Source of the DNA: Peribolospora baueri | Taxonomy: Eukaryota | Length of the DNA stretch: 54,045 bases | Assembly: GCA_029717555.1 (NCBI GenBank) | Contig: JAMDHS010000067.1 | Location: 62,001-116,045, forward strand | Reading direction: 5' to 3' | Shown: positions 11,739-23,725 of the stretch, one piece after another | Position numbering within the stretch: the first letter of the stretch is position 1 | Layout: each line of letters begins with the position of its first letter | Notes under the pieces: model-generated | Database searches by the model: none | What the model was told of the DNA's origin: nothing | What the model saw: the letters and a program-made list of their open reading frames with translations, nothing else | Made by a program: the position numbers and the translations under genes

Positions 11739-12517
11739 GGTAGCTGAAGTTGTGGGAGAGGGTGAGAGGGAGTGCGGGGGAGGGTATACGGCTGGCAATG
11801 CTATCGTATGCCTCTCGCTCGCTCGCGTGCGCTCTCTCTCTCCACTCCACTCCTCTTCGCTCCTCTCCTCTCCTCTCGGGTCGACTCGACTGGGCTCGGC
11901 TGGGCTCGTGTTGTGTCTCACGTCTCTGATTCGGTGCGCGATCCTTCCATGCCTGGGGTATGATAGATAGATAGATAAGATGGTGGTGGGCTGCGGTGGC
12001 CGGCAGGCAGCTCGGGGGGTGGGCAGGGGAGGACAAAGGGGAGGAGGTATAGAGAAACGGGGACTGGTGGTCAGAGGGTCGGTGGTGGGGATGGTGGCGA
12101 GGGAGGCGAGGGATGGAGATGGTGGAGGGAGGGCAAGTGGGATGGTGATGGTGGTGACGGTGGCGTTGATGGTGGAGAGAGAGAGAGGCGATCGACGTCG
12201 TCCATCCCAATCTAATCCATCCCATCCTGGCCAGGTCGAGGTCGCTCTCACTCGGCTCATTCTTCTTTTTTGTCTGCTACAAACGGCGCAGCATCTCATA
12301 TCATGCACCGCACATCCTGCGCATGCTCTTGCCCTCCTACTCGTTCCTGCGGCGGCGGCAGAGTGAGATCCATGCCGTCGCCGGACCGGAGAAAGAAAGG
12401 GACAGAGGAAAGATAACCATCTTATAGCATTGCGTCTATTTTAAACGCGCCATCATAATATAATGTAATCCTTCTTCTTCTTCCCGCCGTCCTCTCCCTC
12501 CCACCCTCTTGCTCGTC

Positions 12518-13543
12518 ATGAGGACCAACGAGCGCACCGTCCTCGTCGGCCACAACCTCGTCCTCGTCCCGTACAGGTACGTGCACGCGCCCATCGTCTC
12601 AAGGCAGAAGGGAAAAAAGGAGAGAAAAGCGGGACAGCTGGACTGATCCCCTCCTCCCTCGCCAGCAAAGACGGCAGCATGTGGAGAAATACAACGAGTG
12701 GATGCAGTCGCACGAGCTACAGACGCTCACCGCCAGCGAGCCCTTGACGCTCGAGGAGGAGTACGAGATGCAAGCCAGTTGGCATCGAGATGCCCACAGT
12801 CAGTTTTTTTCTTCGTACAGAACAGGACAAGTCCGCAGACAGCAGACAGCCCTCCGGTCGAACGCTCGCTCACGCCCGTCTCTTCTCCCTCGCCCCTCCA
12901 GAGCTCACGTTCATCGTCTTCGCCCGCCTCGACCACCGCTCCCCCTCCAACGCTCCCCCAACGACGATCGAAGCAGCCCTCGAAGGGACGCAGATGGCCG
13001 GCGACGTCAACCTCTTCCTCCACCCTTCCTTCCGAGACGATGGCCAAGGAGAAGAGATGCCCGCCCTCGAGGCAGAGTGCGAGGTCATGATCGCAGGTCA
13101 GCCCGCCCGGTTCTAACTGCCTCTTCTCTCCCGTTCTAACCGCCTCGCCTCATCTTCTCTCACGTCCCTCAGAACCCCATTTCCGAAGAAAAGGCATCGC
13201 CCTCGCCGCCCTTCGACTCCTTCTCCAATACGTCACCGCCTCGCCCACGCCCGCGCCCCCGTCGTCGACAACAACCGCCGCGGCTGCCGACTCGCCGCTT
13301 CCCCTGCCGGTCGGCACACCCTTGCTGGCCAAAATCTCCCTCTCCAACACACCCTCTATATCCCTCTTCGAAAAACTAGGCTTCCAAAAACACACTGTCA
13401 GCCATGTTTTTGCTGAAGTTCAAATGCGATGGACTCCTCCATCATCCGAAGGCTGGGACGACGGGTGGGGAGAAGAGTTGTGTGCTGTTGTCGATTGGCC
13501 TTTGGAGGAGGAGAAGGAGGCATCCATCATGTACAATAACTAA
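12518..13543 (+). CDS. NAT9: N-acetyltransferase 9-like GNAT (4 exons)
   Basis: Spliced [29 protein letters not shown]...[25 protein letters not shown]...GDVNLFL...[17 protein letters not shown]...[19 protein letters not shown]. Confidence 0.9.
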
Positions 13544-13609
13544 TCATCCATGACGACGACGGCATGAGACAGACACCATTCCTTTCGTTCCAGTCCAGTC
13601 CAATCTAGT

Positions 13610-14887
13610 CTAGTCTAAGTCCCCCTCCTCCTCCTCCTCGTCCCGCCAGTCCACCCGGCCTCGCGTCTTCATCCACCACCACTTCCTCCTCCCTTCGTCT
13701 CTCCCAATCCACCGGTTCCCCTTCACCTCCGCCCCTCGCTCGAACAACTCCGTCAACACCCGAGCCACGTTCCGAGCGTCGTCTATCCCGCAGTGCTCTC
13801 GGCCTTCGAATGCGCCTAGGCCGAGTGAGTCGAGCAGACTTGCGATTGAATAGTTCTCTGGAACGGCACATTCGTCGTCCGGTCGTCGTCGTCGTCGTCG
13901 TCGTGGCTCCGAAACGTAAGCCCGAAAGGCATTGCGAATGTCCACCACCTCCCCACACGCCCATCTCGGCACCTCGACATCATTGATCCAGCACGCCTTA
14001 GCCACAAAGTCTCGCAGGTCCCAAGGTCCGTCCGTCACCCACACCGCTCGCCCGTTCAGCGAAGCCCGACTGAGCCTTTCTTTCCGGGTGTCCCGCGGCA
14101 AGAGACGGTGAGGGACGAGAAAAAAGTTTTGAAAGTCGAGAAGAACTCGATCGAATGTCGGCGCTTCGTCCACATCCGCCTGTGATCCGCAGAGACAGAG
14201 ACGGTGGGCCGGCGGGTCAAAAAAACAAATCGATAAATCACCCCGACCTTCGTCACCCACCTGGGATATACCGGTCAACTCCTTGCAAAAGGACGATAAC
14301 AAAGGCTTCCAGACAGGTCGCACAAACGTTCGATACTCGGCGACGACGACGAGCATTTCCTTGTAGCCTCGCGCCTTCATTGTCTCCTCGTCCTCTTCCA
14401 CGTCGTCCTCCTCCTCCTCATCCTCTTCCACGTCGTCATCGTCGTCGTCGTCCTCTTTCTCGCCCCCTTTATCTTCGTCCACGTCCCTGGCATCATCGGA
14501 GGAACACCCAGACGACCCATCTGTCCTCCCATTCTCACCGCCCGCCGCCTCCCTCACCCATTTCCTCCGGAGCAGCACGACAGGCCACTCGATGACCTCG
14601 TTCGGATAATCGAACCCCTTAGACCCTTTTACGCAAGTCGCCTCGACGTCGAGCACCAGGAAACTGTCGTACCTCCTCCTCCCCTTTCTTTTCCTGTCCG
14701 AATGCTTTCCGTCCGAACGCTCCGACGAGACGCCGTCGTCATCGCCTTCCGTCACCCTCTTCGCCAGCGCCTTCCGAAGTCGCTTCTTCAGCTCTGGCTT
14801 GTGGCCCCTCGCCTCCAGGCCCAGTGCGGAGAGCTGCGCGCGCAGACCCTCGACCGTTGTCTCCATGCCCATGCTTTCCCGCACCAT
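13610..14887 (-). CDS. ERI1: ERI1-family DEDDh 3'-5' exoribonuclease with N-terminal SAP domain (intron 14180-14260)
   Basis: SAP motif TVEGLRAQLSALGLEARGHKPELKKRL; ExoI VLDVEATC; EVIEWP; FCKELTGISQ|ADVD; TDGPWDLRDF; FEGREHCGIDDARN. Exact start Met is uncertain. Confidence 0.88.
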   Translation of the reverse strand: MVRESMGMETTVEGLRAQLSALGLEARGHKPELKKRLRKALAKRVTEGDDDGVSSERSDGKHSDRKRKGRRRYDSFLVLDVEATCVKGSKGFDYPNEVIEWPVVLLRRKWVREAAGGENGRTDGSSGCSSDDARDVDEDKGGEKEDDDDDDDVEEDEEEEDDVEEDEETMKARGYKEMLVVVAEYRTFVRPVWKPLLSSFCKELTGISQVGDEGRGDLSICFFDPPAHRLCLCGSQADVDEAPTFDRVLLDFQNFFLVPHRLLPRDTRKERLSRASLNGRAVWVTDGPWDLRDFVAKACWINDVEVPRWACGEVVDIRNAFRAYVSEPRRRRRRRPDDECAVPENYSIASLLDSLGLGAFEGREHCGIDDARNVARVLTELFERGAEVKGNRWIGRDEGRRKWWWMKTRGRVDWRDEEEEEGDLD

Positions 14888-15328
14888 GTACCCACCCCTT
14901 TCTTCCGTGCCCACGCGTGCAGTGCAGGCCGGTTTGTCCCTGCGACGGAGCTCTTGATGTCAGATGAAAGAGATAGTTGTCGGACCGAGATGGAGGCAAA
15001 AAGGGAAAAATAACTGGATAAAGGGCCGATGAGGGAACGCGAAAGAGACGACGACGACGACGACGATGATGACGACGTGGGATGTGAACGAGATGACGAT
15101 GATCGACGGTCGGGCTGCAAGTCTCGCGTCGACGTCGATCAACTTTAACGGGAGGATGCGGTCGGAGTTGCTGGCGCACTTGCATAAATGCGAGCCGCTC
15201 CTCGAGCAAGGAAGGAGCTGCATCCGCTTGACATTCGACTTCAACTTCACGCAGCGATAGTCACTTCAGACGACGACATTCCCGCCTTCATCCAGGATAC
15301 CCACATAAGGGGCGGCCACGGAGGCAAG

Positions 15329-17115
15329 ATGGTGTCGAAACCGAGCTCGAAGGTTTTCGTCCAAGTCCCGCCGCTCCCGGACGATCACCCCGAAGCTTTG
15401 CGTCGCCGTCGCCGTCTCATGAGAGGAAAGCAGGTGAGGGCGCACATGGGGCTCGCCTGCCGGATTCGACTGAAGATGCACTTGGTCTGACGCTCCATAT
15501 TGCTTCTCTTCTTACTATCCCAGCCATCGAACCCTTTTTCTGACGAGGACGAGGACGATGTCACACCTACAAGGCAGAAGAGCAAAGCGAAGGAGAAGGA
15601 AAAGGCGCCGACGCGTCAAACCGGCAGAATAAAGAAGAGGAAGGAGCGGGAAGAGGTGGGCGCTACGCAGACGAAGCCGGAAGGGAAGGAACGTCGACGG
15701 AAGCGTCAAGCAAGGCGTGTTCAACACAGCGACGAGGAAGAGGACGACGAGATGTTCGACGTCGACTTGGATGGTACGTCCCGCTTCCTTTGCACTTGCC
15801 ACAAAGGCCCAGGCCCCTCACTTCTCATCATGTTCGGACATTTTCTCTCAAATAGCCATCATCGACACTCGCCTTCGAAACAAATCACAGCCGTCCAAGT
15901 TCTCTCAACAGCTCGAGCGGCTCAAGCGGCGTCGCACGAAAGAATACCTCTTCGATGGGACCACCAGCGAACTGGAGGAGGCCGGTGAAGGCTCCGACAG
16001 CGGAGGCGGTGGTGACGACTCTTCGCCATCGCATAGCTCCATTGGAGACTTCCTCGCCGACGACCACGAGTCGGACAATGATAGGGACCGGATCGACCTC
16101 GAGCTGAAGACGATCACCGGCGGTCGCAAATACGAACGGGAGGAGCATTTCAACGTCTTCTGCCAGTACGAACTTTGGAAAATAGTAAGCCTTAGGCCTC
16201 CTCTCCGTTCGACCAACTAAACCCAATGGCTTGCTCATCATGCTCTCTATAGATCATTGGCCCGGACTTTGTTCGCAAGTGCAAGCTTTCCAAGGCAGAC
16301 GAGCAGTACTTTTTGAACGCTCGCGACACGATCGAACGTCTCGTCTCCAGCACGCGCGACTCGAAAGGTGAGCTTCACCAACGCCGTGCGTGGAACGATG
16401 TGAGTCGAGTGGTACGAAGTCTGAGCGATCCTTCTTTTTTTTTGTCTCCGGACGACAGTGGCCTCGTCCATTTGGCGCCCAAGATTTCGAAGCGCGTTGG
16501 AGCGATACCCTGTCGTCAACGTCTCGTCACTTTTCTCGGACCAGTGCGTGAACGCCTGCGAAGCCTGCCACAACACGCGCGCAAAATCGGTCAAAAGCTT
16601 GTCGCTCGGCGGCTTCCAGTACTCCAAGGTGGACTTTATCGAGTTGATCGAAGGCGACGAAGGATTTGTGAAGGAGGATCTGCCAGAGTTTCTCACAGGA
16701 CGGTTCTGCGCCAGTCGCGCCGAGTGAGTTTCCTTTCTTCCCTTCGGTACGTCCGGGAACGGTTCCGTTGACTTGTCTTTCCCTTTCGCCTCGATAGGGT
16801 CTTCCACACTCTCTATCATTGGGAGTACGACTTGTTGGAATCCATTTGCCTCGAGAAGGAAAAGCTTGACACGCGTTCCATGAAGCGCCTTCGCGACTAT
16901 GTGGATGACAACGGCGAGAAGGTAGTCGACCCAGATGAGGTGTGGAACGAGTTTAAGAGGAGGAACGTTCTCGCTCGCGTGAGTGGCATGTTTCGGTCTC
17001 TTTCAGCTCTGCCGCCGTCCGTACTCACTCACAGCCAGCCCGTGTTTCGCCCACCGAAATGCAGCTCTACCGCGGTTTTCGGTCCAAACTTGAAAGTGCC
17101 GACAAGCTTGATTGA
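15329..17115 (+). CDS. DUF4211 (CCDC82-like) domain protein, multi-exon
   Basis: Acidic/basic N-terminus, then VASSIWRPRFRSALERYP...CEAC...GRFCASRAE|VFHTLYHWEYDL, typical of DUF4211. Canonical introns link the pieces. Confidence 0.75.
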
Positions 17116-17276
17116 AGGTGAGCGAGCGGTCTTCCCTCCCGACGAGTAGACCCCTTCTCTCGCTCGCCAAGTCCGCGCATGCGTCTGGAATTTGTTTCGT
17201 CAGAAAGTACCACCAGGACCGTTGGTCGAGGGGTATTTGATTCCATTATTCCTACCTATACCTACCTATATGTACT

Positions 17277-18665
17277 CTATGCTTCCGCCACATTCTCCTG
17301 TTCCCACGTCTCCCAGCCTGGCACTTTGTACCCTACCCAAACATCCAACCAGCTCTCTTTCATAAAGCTGAAAAGGATCTTCATCGGATCCGTTCTCGCC
17401 GCTCGGCTTCGAGCGTACTCGGCCAAAACTTGACGTGGCTGTTGAGCGTTCGGCCCGCCCGAAGCGTCTCCACCTCGTTTGAGTTCGTCGATGAGCGGCC
17501 GGAGCAAGTGAGCCAAATAGGCCGCGTCCTCGAGCGCTAAGGCGGCTCCTTGGCCTGTATGAGGAGGCGGCTGTGAGAGAGAGAGAGAGGGTTAAAGGGG
17601 CAGGAAAGGGGACGTGTGAATGCAAGGCCGATAAGGTCCACGTTGGCGTGGGCGTTCCCGCCTCACCATGTGCGGCGTCGCTGAGGAGGACGATTCGATC
17701 GCTATGCCACGCTGTGAGATGCTGGATAGAGTACTCGGGCCACACGATAGATAGCTCACTTGTCCTTGCCCTTGCCGCTTGCACTACCTCAGCGACCGGC
17801 GACACCCTGACGGAAACGAAGGACGGTGGGGCTGCTCAAGGTGAGAGAGGGCTAGCTAGCTGGCTTCGAGCGGGTATCGAAAGGAGTGAACGTTGGACGC
17901 ATCAGCTGCCAAAGCGTCGCTCGATCTCTTTCAAGATGTCGTCGCGTGGGATGTTCCATTCACCCTTGGCCCTCTCAGGGAATTGGTGTGTCACCCACCT
18001 GTGTGCACGGACCGCGGGTGGTCAACGGTCTCGAACTGTTAACTGTTCTCCCAACGATGGCCAAACCGACTCACCAAACAAAGCGCTCCCCCGTCCGGTA
18101 ACGAAGCGGAACGGACCAGCGTTTGCAAAGGCCTCAGCTACGGCTGGGACGTCGTTGATGGCCAATAGACCGCCGACGCTGATCAAGGCTTCGTATTCCG
18201 CCTTTGGGTCGGGGATGCGTTTGTGCTCAGCGATGCTGATGATGACGAGGTCCGATGTCAGGGAGGGCGTCGATAACGACGTCCTGGACTCCGACAGGCG
18301 AGGGGAGTTTACCTCGGTCGAACCTTGCTCCAGACTCCATCCGCCCCGCCCAACGAGGTCTGCCTCTTCTTCTTCTTCTTCTTCTTCTTCCTTCCTCCTC
18401 CTTTCCACCGTCGTCGGCCCTGCCACTGAACTTGAACTTGACCTTGACAGCGTTCTGCGCTTCCATGACGCCGTGCACTTTTGCGCCCCAGCGAACGGTC
18501 GCCCCTCGGCGCTCGGCTTCGTCCAAGAGGACTTCAAAAAGGGCCCGCCGGACGACCATGACGGTCAGCTGCTGCCCGTAACGGTCCTTGGAGCCCTGCT
18601 TGACGCGGCCGATGAAGAAGCCGGTGGAGTCGTACGTGACTAGCTCCTCGGCTAAGAAGGCGGCG
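17277..18665 (-). pseudogene. FAD-dependent (salicylate hydroxylase-like) monooxygenase pseudogene, central and C-terminal part
   Basis: VRRALFEVLLDEA..VRWGAKV, ADLV/GADGVWSKVR (two frameshifts around 18340-18400), RIVLLSDAAH (GD motif degenerate) and TGQGAALALEDAAYLAHLL. Confidence 0.85.
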
Positions 18666-18678
18666 CGCGATCTGAACA

Positions 18679-18998
18679 ATGAAGGTCATTGTCGTCGGCG
18701 CCGGCATCGGCGGTGTGTACACGATTTTCCTCGCTCTCGTCCCGTCTCACTCGCGTGCTGATGATCCCCTGCTTCTCTTTGGACACTCCGCATCGCATCG
18801 CATCGCATCGCATCGTAAAAGAGCGCCGCCGCCATCTTCCTGCGCCGTCTCGGCTGCCAAGTGACCATCCTCGAGGCCCGTCCTTCTCGCGACAGCGCGC
18901 TCAGCGGCGTACCGCTGGCGCTCGCGTCCAACGGCATGAACGTGCTCGCGTCCCTCGGTCTCGGTCTGGCGGACACGCTGCTCGAGCGAAAAGCGGAT
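18679..18998 (+). pseudogene. Inverted 5' part of the same FAD monooxygenase
   Basis: MKVIVVGAGIGG, an intron, then AAAIFLRRLGCQVTILEARP...LALASNGMNVLASLGL..TLLERK. This is a Rossmann GxGxxG N-terminus on the opposite strand to the rest of the gene. Confidence 0.82.
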
Positions 18999-19009
18999 GC
19001 GGCATGATC

Positions 19010-19392
19010 AGCTGCCGACATGGTCAGCGTAGAGACGCCTCCTGCGGAAAGCCACCTCGCGAATTCGCGGCTCCGGGGGTCTCGATCTGCGGTCAATCGC
19101 ATGTTGCGTCGCAGTATATGTAGGTGCAGGTGCGGCCAGACGTCAGCATACTGCAGGGTGGCAGATACGATCGCAGGACGGTCCCCGCGGGGCACCACCG
19201 GTAGGGTCTGCTGGGAATCGCCCCCCACAGCACGATGAGGATGCCGCCGAACGGCATATCTCCGCCAGGGAGGTGCTCCCGAATATCTCGCAGGGTGCGG
19301 TCGACCGCGTTAAACACCAAGCGGCTGGACATGGGCGCCTGTCCCAGATGATGAGATCGGCGGCGCAGAGCAGCTCGCTCAGTTGACTATTA
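19010..19392 (-). mobile_element. Helitron / PIF1-type helicase remnant
   Basis: SQLSELLCAADLIIWD/(E)APMSSRLVFNAVDRTLRDI...PFGGILIVL/GGDSQQTLPVVPRG...L...VWPH...LRRNMRL...EFARWL, with two frameshifts and no introns. Confidence 0.88.
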
Positions 19393-19804
19393 GGTGCCCT
19401 TCGGCAACAGGCGAAAGTGAAGAAAACGAAACCAAAAATGTGAAAACGCCGATACCTCAAAAATGCGTACGTCCGGCTGCACTTTGAAAACGTGGATTTT
19501 CAAAAACCCGTGTTTTTTTTCTCCCAGCCAAAATCAGCCAACAGAAAACTGACCCCCCAGGCTGCTGTTTTCCCAGAAAGGCGCAGTTTTTGCTGCGGAC
19601 CTGATCTCATCCGCTTGACGCGTCGCGAAGTTTGTATGTGATCTAAAGACTACGGATATAAGGGGACCTAGTTAAAACACGGATTTTCATGGGCGTCGTT
19701 CGAGAATACGAAATCCACCCTTTTCAATATCACAGCTTTTGTATGAAACTGCAGTTCTACAAAAACGCGGGTTTTTAGGCGGCTCCCAGTTGCCGAACGC
19801 GCCT
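19393..19804. mobile_element. 412-bp MITE, PIF/Harbinger (Tourist)-like
   Basis: Imperfect TIRs GGTGCCCTTCGGCAAC ... GTTGCCGAACGCGCCT. TTA on both sides (19390-19392, 19805-19807). Internal inverted motifs (TTGAAAACGTGGATTT / AAATCCACCCTTTTCAA; AAAAACCCGTGTTTTT / AAAAACGCGGGTTTTT). AT-rich and non-coding. Confidence 0.72.
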
Positions 19805-20227
19805 TTATTATAGATCGAGCGCGGCCGCGTCTGCCCGTCCGGTGTTGTTGAGACTGCGGTATCGAACCTCTTAAAAAAAAAAAAGGGGTGGACCTGCGCG
19901 CACGCGTGCAGGGGGCACACTGGTAGATAAATAGAGAGATGGATAGATAAGATGTGTAGGCGACGCGAGGTTCCATACTTCCACGCCGGTTCACGTGGCC
20001 CCACCACCACCACACGGGGGCGACATTCGACGAGCATTGCAAATAGAAGCCGAAAGGAAGTGGGCGCGACGACAGACTCGAGACTCAGGCACGATCCATC
20101 GCTCCCTCACGTTTGCAGGACGGACAGCGTAAGTACGCGTACACGTAGGTAGGACATGAACAAGAACAGGACAGGAAACGAAAAAGGTGGCCCGAACCCG
20201 CATGCGATGGATGGATGGTCACCCTTA

Positions 20228-23151
20228 CTACGACAGCAGATCCCCGTCCAGACCCGCAGCGCTGACTCCAGCCGGAGCGGGCGCGTCGGCCGCGTAGCCC
20301 TGGTCGAAGATGCCGAGCTGAGCGTAAGGGTTGTCGGAAGAGTCGTCCAAGGCCCCCCCACCGGGCGACGGCGGCGGGGGGACGGCACTGGCGCCGGTGA
20401 CAGAGGTGCTAGCGAACGCGACGGGAGCGATGCCCGAATGCGCCGGGCTCGGCGGACCCCTGGCGTCTTCGCCATCCTGAGCAACGGCCACAGGCGCCGT
20501 CTCGTCTCCGCCGTCGACATGCATGCCCATCGCCGGAGAAGTCGACGGAAGAGGGACGGAAGCGGGCGGGGTGGCTGTGGAGCGCGGAGGTGGCGTACCG
20601 ACGGCGGAAGGTATCGTCGCTCCTGCCGCTGGGGGGATGGCGGCGGGTGGACCGAGGGCGGGTGGACCGAGGGCGGGTGGAGGTCGGGGGATGGGCTTGC
20701 TGTGAATATGCGCGGACGCGTGTCGTCTTGCGGAAGGGTCGAGAGCCGGGGCTGAGAAAGTGGGGCAAAAACGACGCTGATTGAGTCGGGGGCGTACGCG
20801 CTCGCTCAAAACACGCGCACGGAACACGCGAACGGGGCGGCCGACTCACAATCCGGTAAGAAACGTGGCTTGGCGCCACGAATAAAGGTCTGTGGCTGAC
20901 GGTGGAAAATGGAGCTCAAGGTGCCAGCGTGGAGGAGGAGCTGGTCGAGCAAGGCCCTGTCCATGCGATCCGTCTCTGTACTAATGCCCGGCTTCTCCGC
21001 GAGGACAACGTCTCTGGCCGCCACCGGGTCCGCCGATAGCATTCGCCAGTACATGATGCCCCGGTCGCGGAGGTCTGGGTTCTCCACCTCTTCCGTCGCC
21101 CACTTGAGCACCTTGGGAACCAGATCTTGTCCGGCGGTCGGGCGCATGATGAAGAGTTTGACGGTGGCGGTGAGCAAGGAGAGTTGGACCTAAATGAACA
21201 ACAACAAAAAAGACAAGTGAGATCACGATTCGCATCGGCTGAGCGTGCCGGCGAGTGAACGGAGTGCGAGCGATTCGGAAAGCTCCCTCACCTCTACCGG
21301 CTCCTCCAAGAAAGACTCAAGAAAGTCCTCCAACAGCTGCTCGCTGTTCTCGATCCGGTCCGCATACTGTCCGATGATCCAGATCATGGAGGCCTTGGCC
21401 TCGGGCTCGTCAAGGACGTCCAAGTTTTCGCACAGGGTCCCGATGATGCCCTCGTACTGGTTGGGATACTTGCGGAAGATATCCTTGATGACGACGACGG
21501 CTTCTTGGACGACATAGTTGACCTTTGTGTGGATCAGTGAGAGTAGGACGCTGATGCATCGGTCTGCCGCCGATTCGATCTTGATCGCTAGACGGCCGAT
21601 GGAGCGAACGGCCTTGCGCACGAAATCGACATCGACTTCCGAGGCATATCTGTCGATTCCATATAGGCATGTAAGCATCACCATCACCGCGCTCACCTCT
21701 TCCGCTTGAGGTAAGAAAAGAAAAAGCAACTCACTCTCGCAGCTCAGCCAACACCTGCTCCACGTTCCTCTCGCTTGCCAACCGATACATGATCTCGAGC
21801 TTGGCGAGTTTAACGTAGATCGGGTCGTTGTACTTGCAGAAAAAAACCTTGACCTCGTTCTGGAGCACTACCGGCCGTCGCTGGATGACGAGGAGGATGT
21901 TGCGAAGGGCGACGTATTGGACTTCTGGGCCGGACGAAAGGAGGGTGACTGTGACGAAGAAACGAAAGGGACAAAAAATAGTCAGACGGCGCGTGTGACA
22001 TCGCGCTTTCGACCCGACTCACCCAACGGCGGGCTCAACTTTCGACAGAGCGAATCGACAGTGGGCTTGTGAGAGATGTAGTTGACCAAGTAGAGGATGA
22101 CCTTGACGCTGGTGAGCACGACGGCCGAGTTGGCGTGCTGGAGACGGACGACGATACGCTCGGCCAAGATGGAGGCGTCGGCGGATTCTTGAGGGACGTA
22201 GAACATTAGGGCCTCGAGGATGTATGCTTGACCCCATCTGCGCGGTGGTGGTGAACAGAGGGGTGAGAGTGAGCGCAAAAGCGGGCGTCTTCGGGTACGA
22301 CACGACGGTCGACTCACTCGGAACACTCGTTGAGCGCGCTCACGAGCTTGCTAGCGATCGTCAGGTTGAGCTTGAGCTGGATGTTATCACTCCTCTCGCT
22401 AACCTCGGTCAGCGCGGCCACGGCGTTGGCCACGACGGTGGGGTTGCTATCGGCGAGCAAGTCACGCAACATGGAGATGTAGCCCTCTCGGTCGACGGTC
22501 CTGCGGTCGTGCATGTATAGCTTGGCCACGCAGATTGCCGCCGTCTTTCGCACGTATGGATCGGTGTCCTTGAGGGAGTGGCGAAGAGGGTCGAGGAGGG
22601 CGCTCGTGACGGCGGGGACGTGAATGTAGGACATGGTGCGTATGGCGAGTGCTCGAATGAGCGGGTTTCTGTCATGACAGTCCTAGAGGCGAGGGGATAA
22701 CGGAAGGGTGTCAGCGAGGGAGCGATGACACTGCACTGCAGCCCTGCGTGGCACTGCATCGCATGGACATGATTCGGTGAGTAGCCTCACAGAAAGGAAA
22801 CCGGGAATGGCGTGTAGGAGCAGGTCAGGCTTTGCGCGACCATAGTTGACGAGATAGAGATCTGTTGAGCGGCCGGAGACGAGGCGAGCGGTGAGTGACG
22901 GCGGTGGGCGCGGACAAGAACCGGCACTCACAAACCATCTTCTTGATCTCCAACACCTGTATGTTCATGCAGGCCACGACGTCTCCGAAGAGGGCGCTCA
23001 TGTCATTGCCCATCGTCGCGTTGGCGATGATCTTCTTGAGCACCGTCTTCTTGCGCGTCCATCCCTTGTCCTTCTTGTCATCCTGCAGCTCCGAACGCAG
23101 CTCCTGGACCTTGCCGCGCTGGAAGAACTTTGCGTCCGAGCCGGCGGACAT
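20228..23151 (-). CDS. APL1: AP-2 complex beta subunit (beta-adaptin), multi-exon, no appendage domain
   Basis: [19 protein letters not shown]...[73 protein letters not shown]. The last exon (about 20228-20752) is a Pro-rich tail. Confidence 0.9.
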
Positions 23152-23725
23152 GGCGGTGGGGAGAGACGAGGAGACCAGCGTGCGGTGTCGGGAAGACGAC
23201 GGGCGAGAAGGCGAGCGTGGTCCGACGGTGCGCTCGTGCGCTGGTGAGTTTCTCGTCGGTGGCTTCGCGAGGCCATGATCGGCGGGGGCGTTCGTAACCC
23301 TACATTCGGCGCTTCCACCGCAATGAAGTCGGACGCAACCGCGATCGATGACTGCGCCGGACGACGTGGGCCAGGGCGTGACGCGTGACGCGCTGTCGAG
23401 CTTGCTTGCCCAGAGAGAGTGGTCGCCGAGGCTGTGCTGCGGAGTGACGTCGCGAGCTGCGCACCGATCGGTGCGACGGAGGAGACGGGGACGGCAAAGG
23501 AGAGGAAGGATGGGGGAGTAAGAGGAGGATAGGATGATGGATTAGACGGGAATGGAGATGGAGATGGAGATGGAGATGGTGATGGTGATGGTGCGCACAT
23601 ACATTCCAGTCCATTACGTCCTTGCATCCATTTGTGCACCGAATGCGAGGCCCAACATTTGGGAACATGACATGTCGCTTTCTTTCTATGTCAGCGCTCA
23701 CACCTCCCTCTCTCTCCCACCTAGT

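Noticed and set aside
20156..20827. Stand-alone Pro/Gly-rich gene or transposon ORF
   Set aside because: Splice sites at about 20851 and 20753 make it the last exon of APL1; the plus-strand ORF is its antisense shadow.
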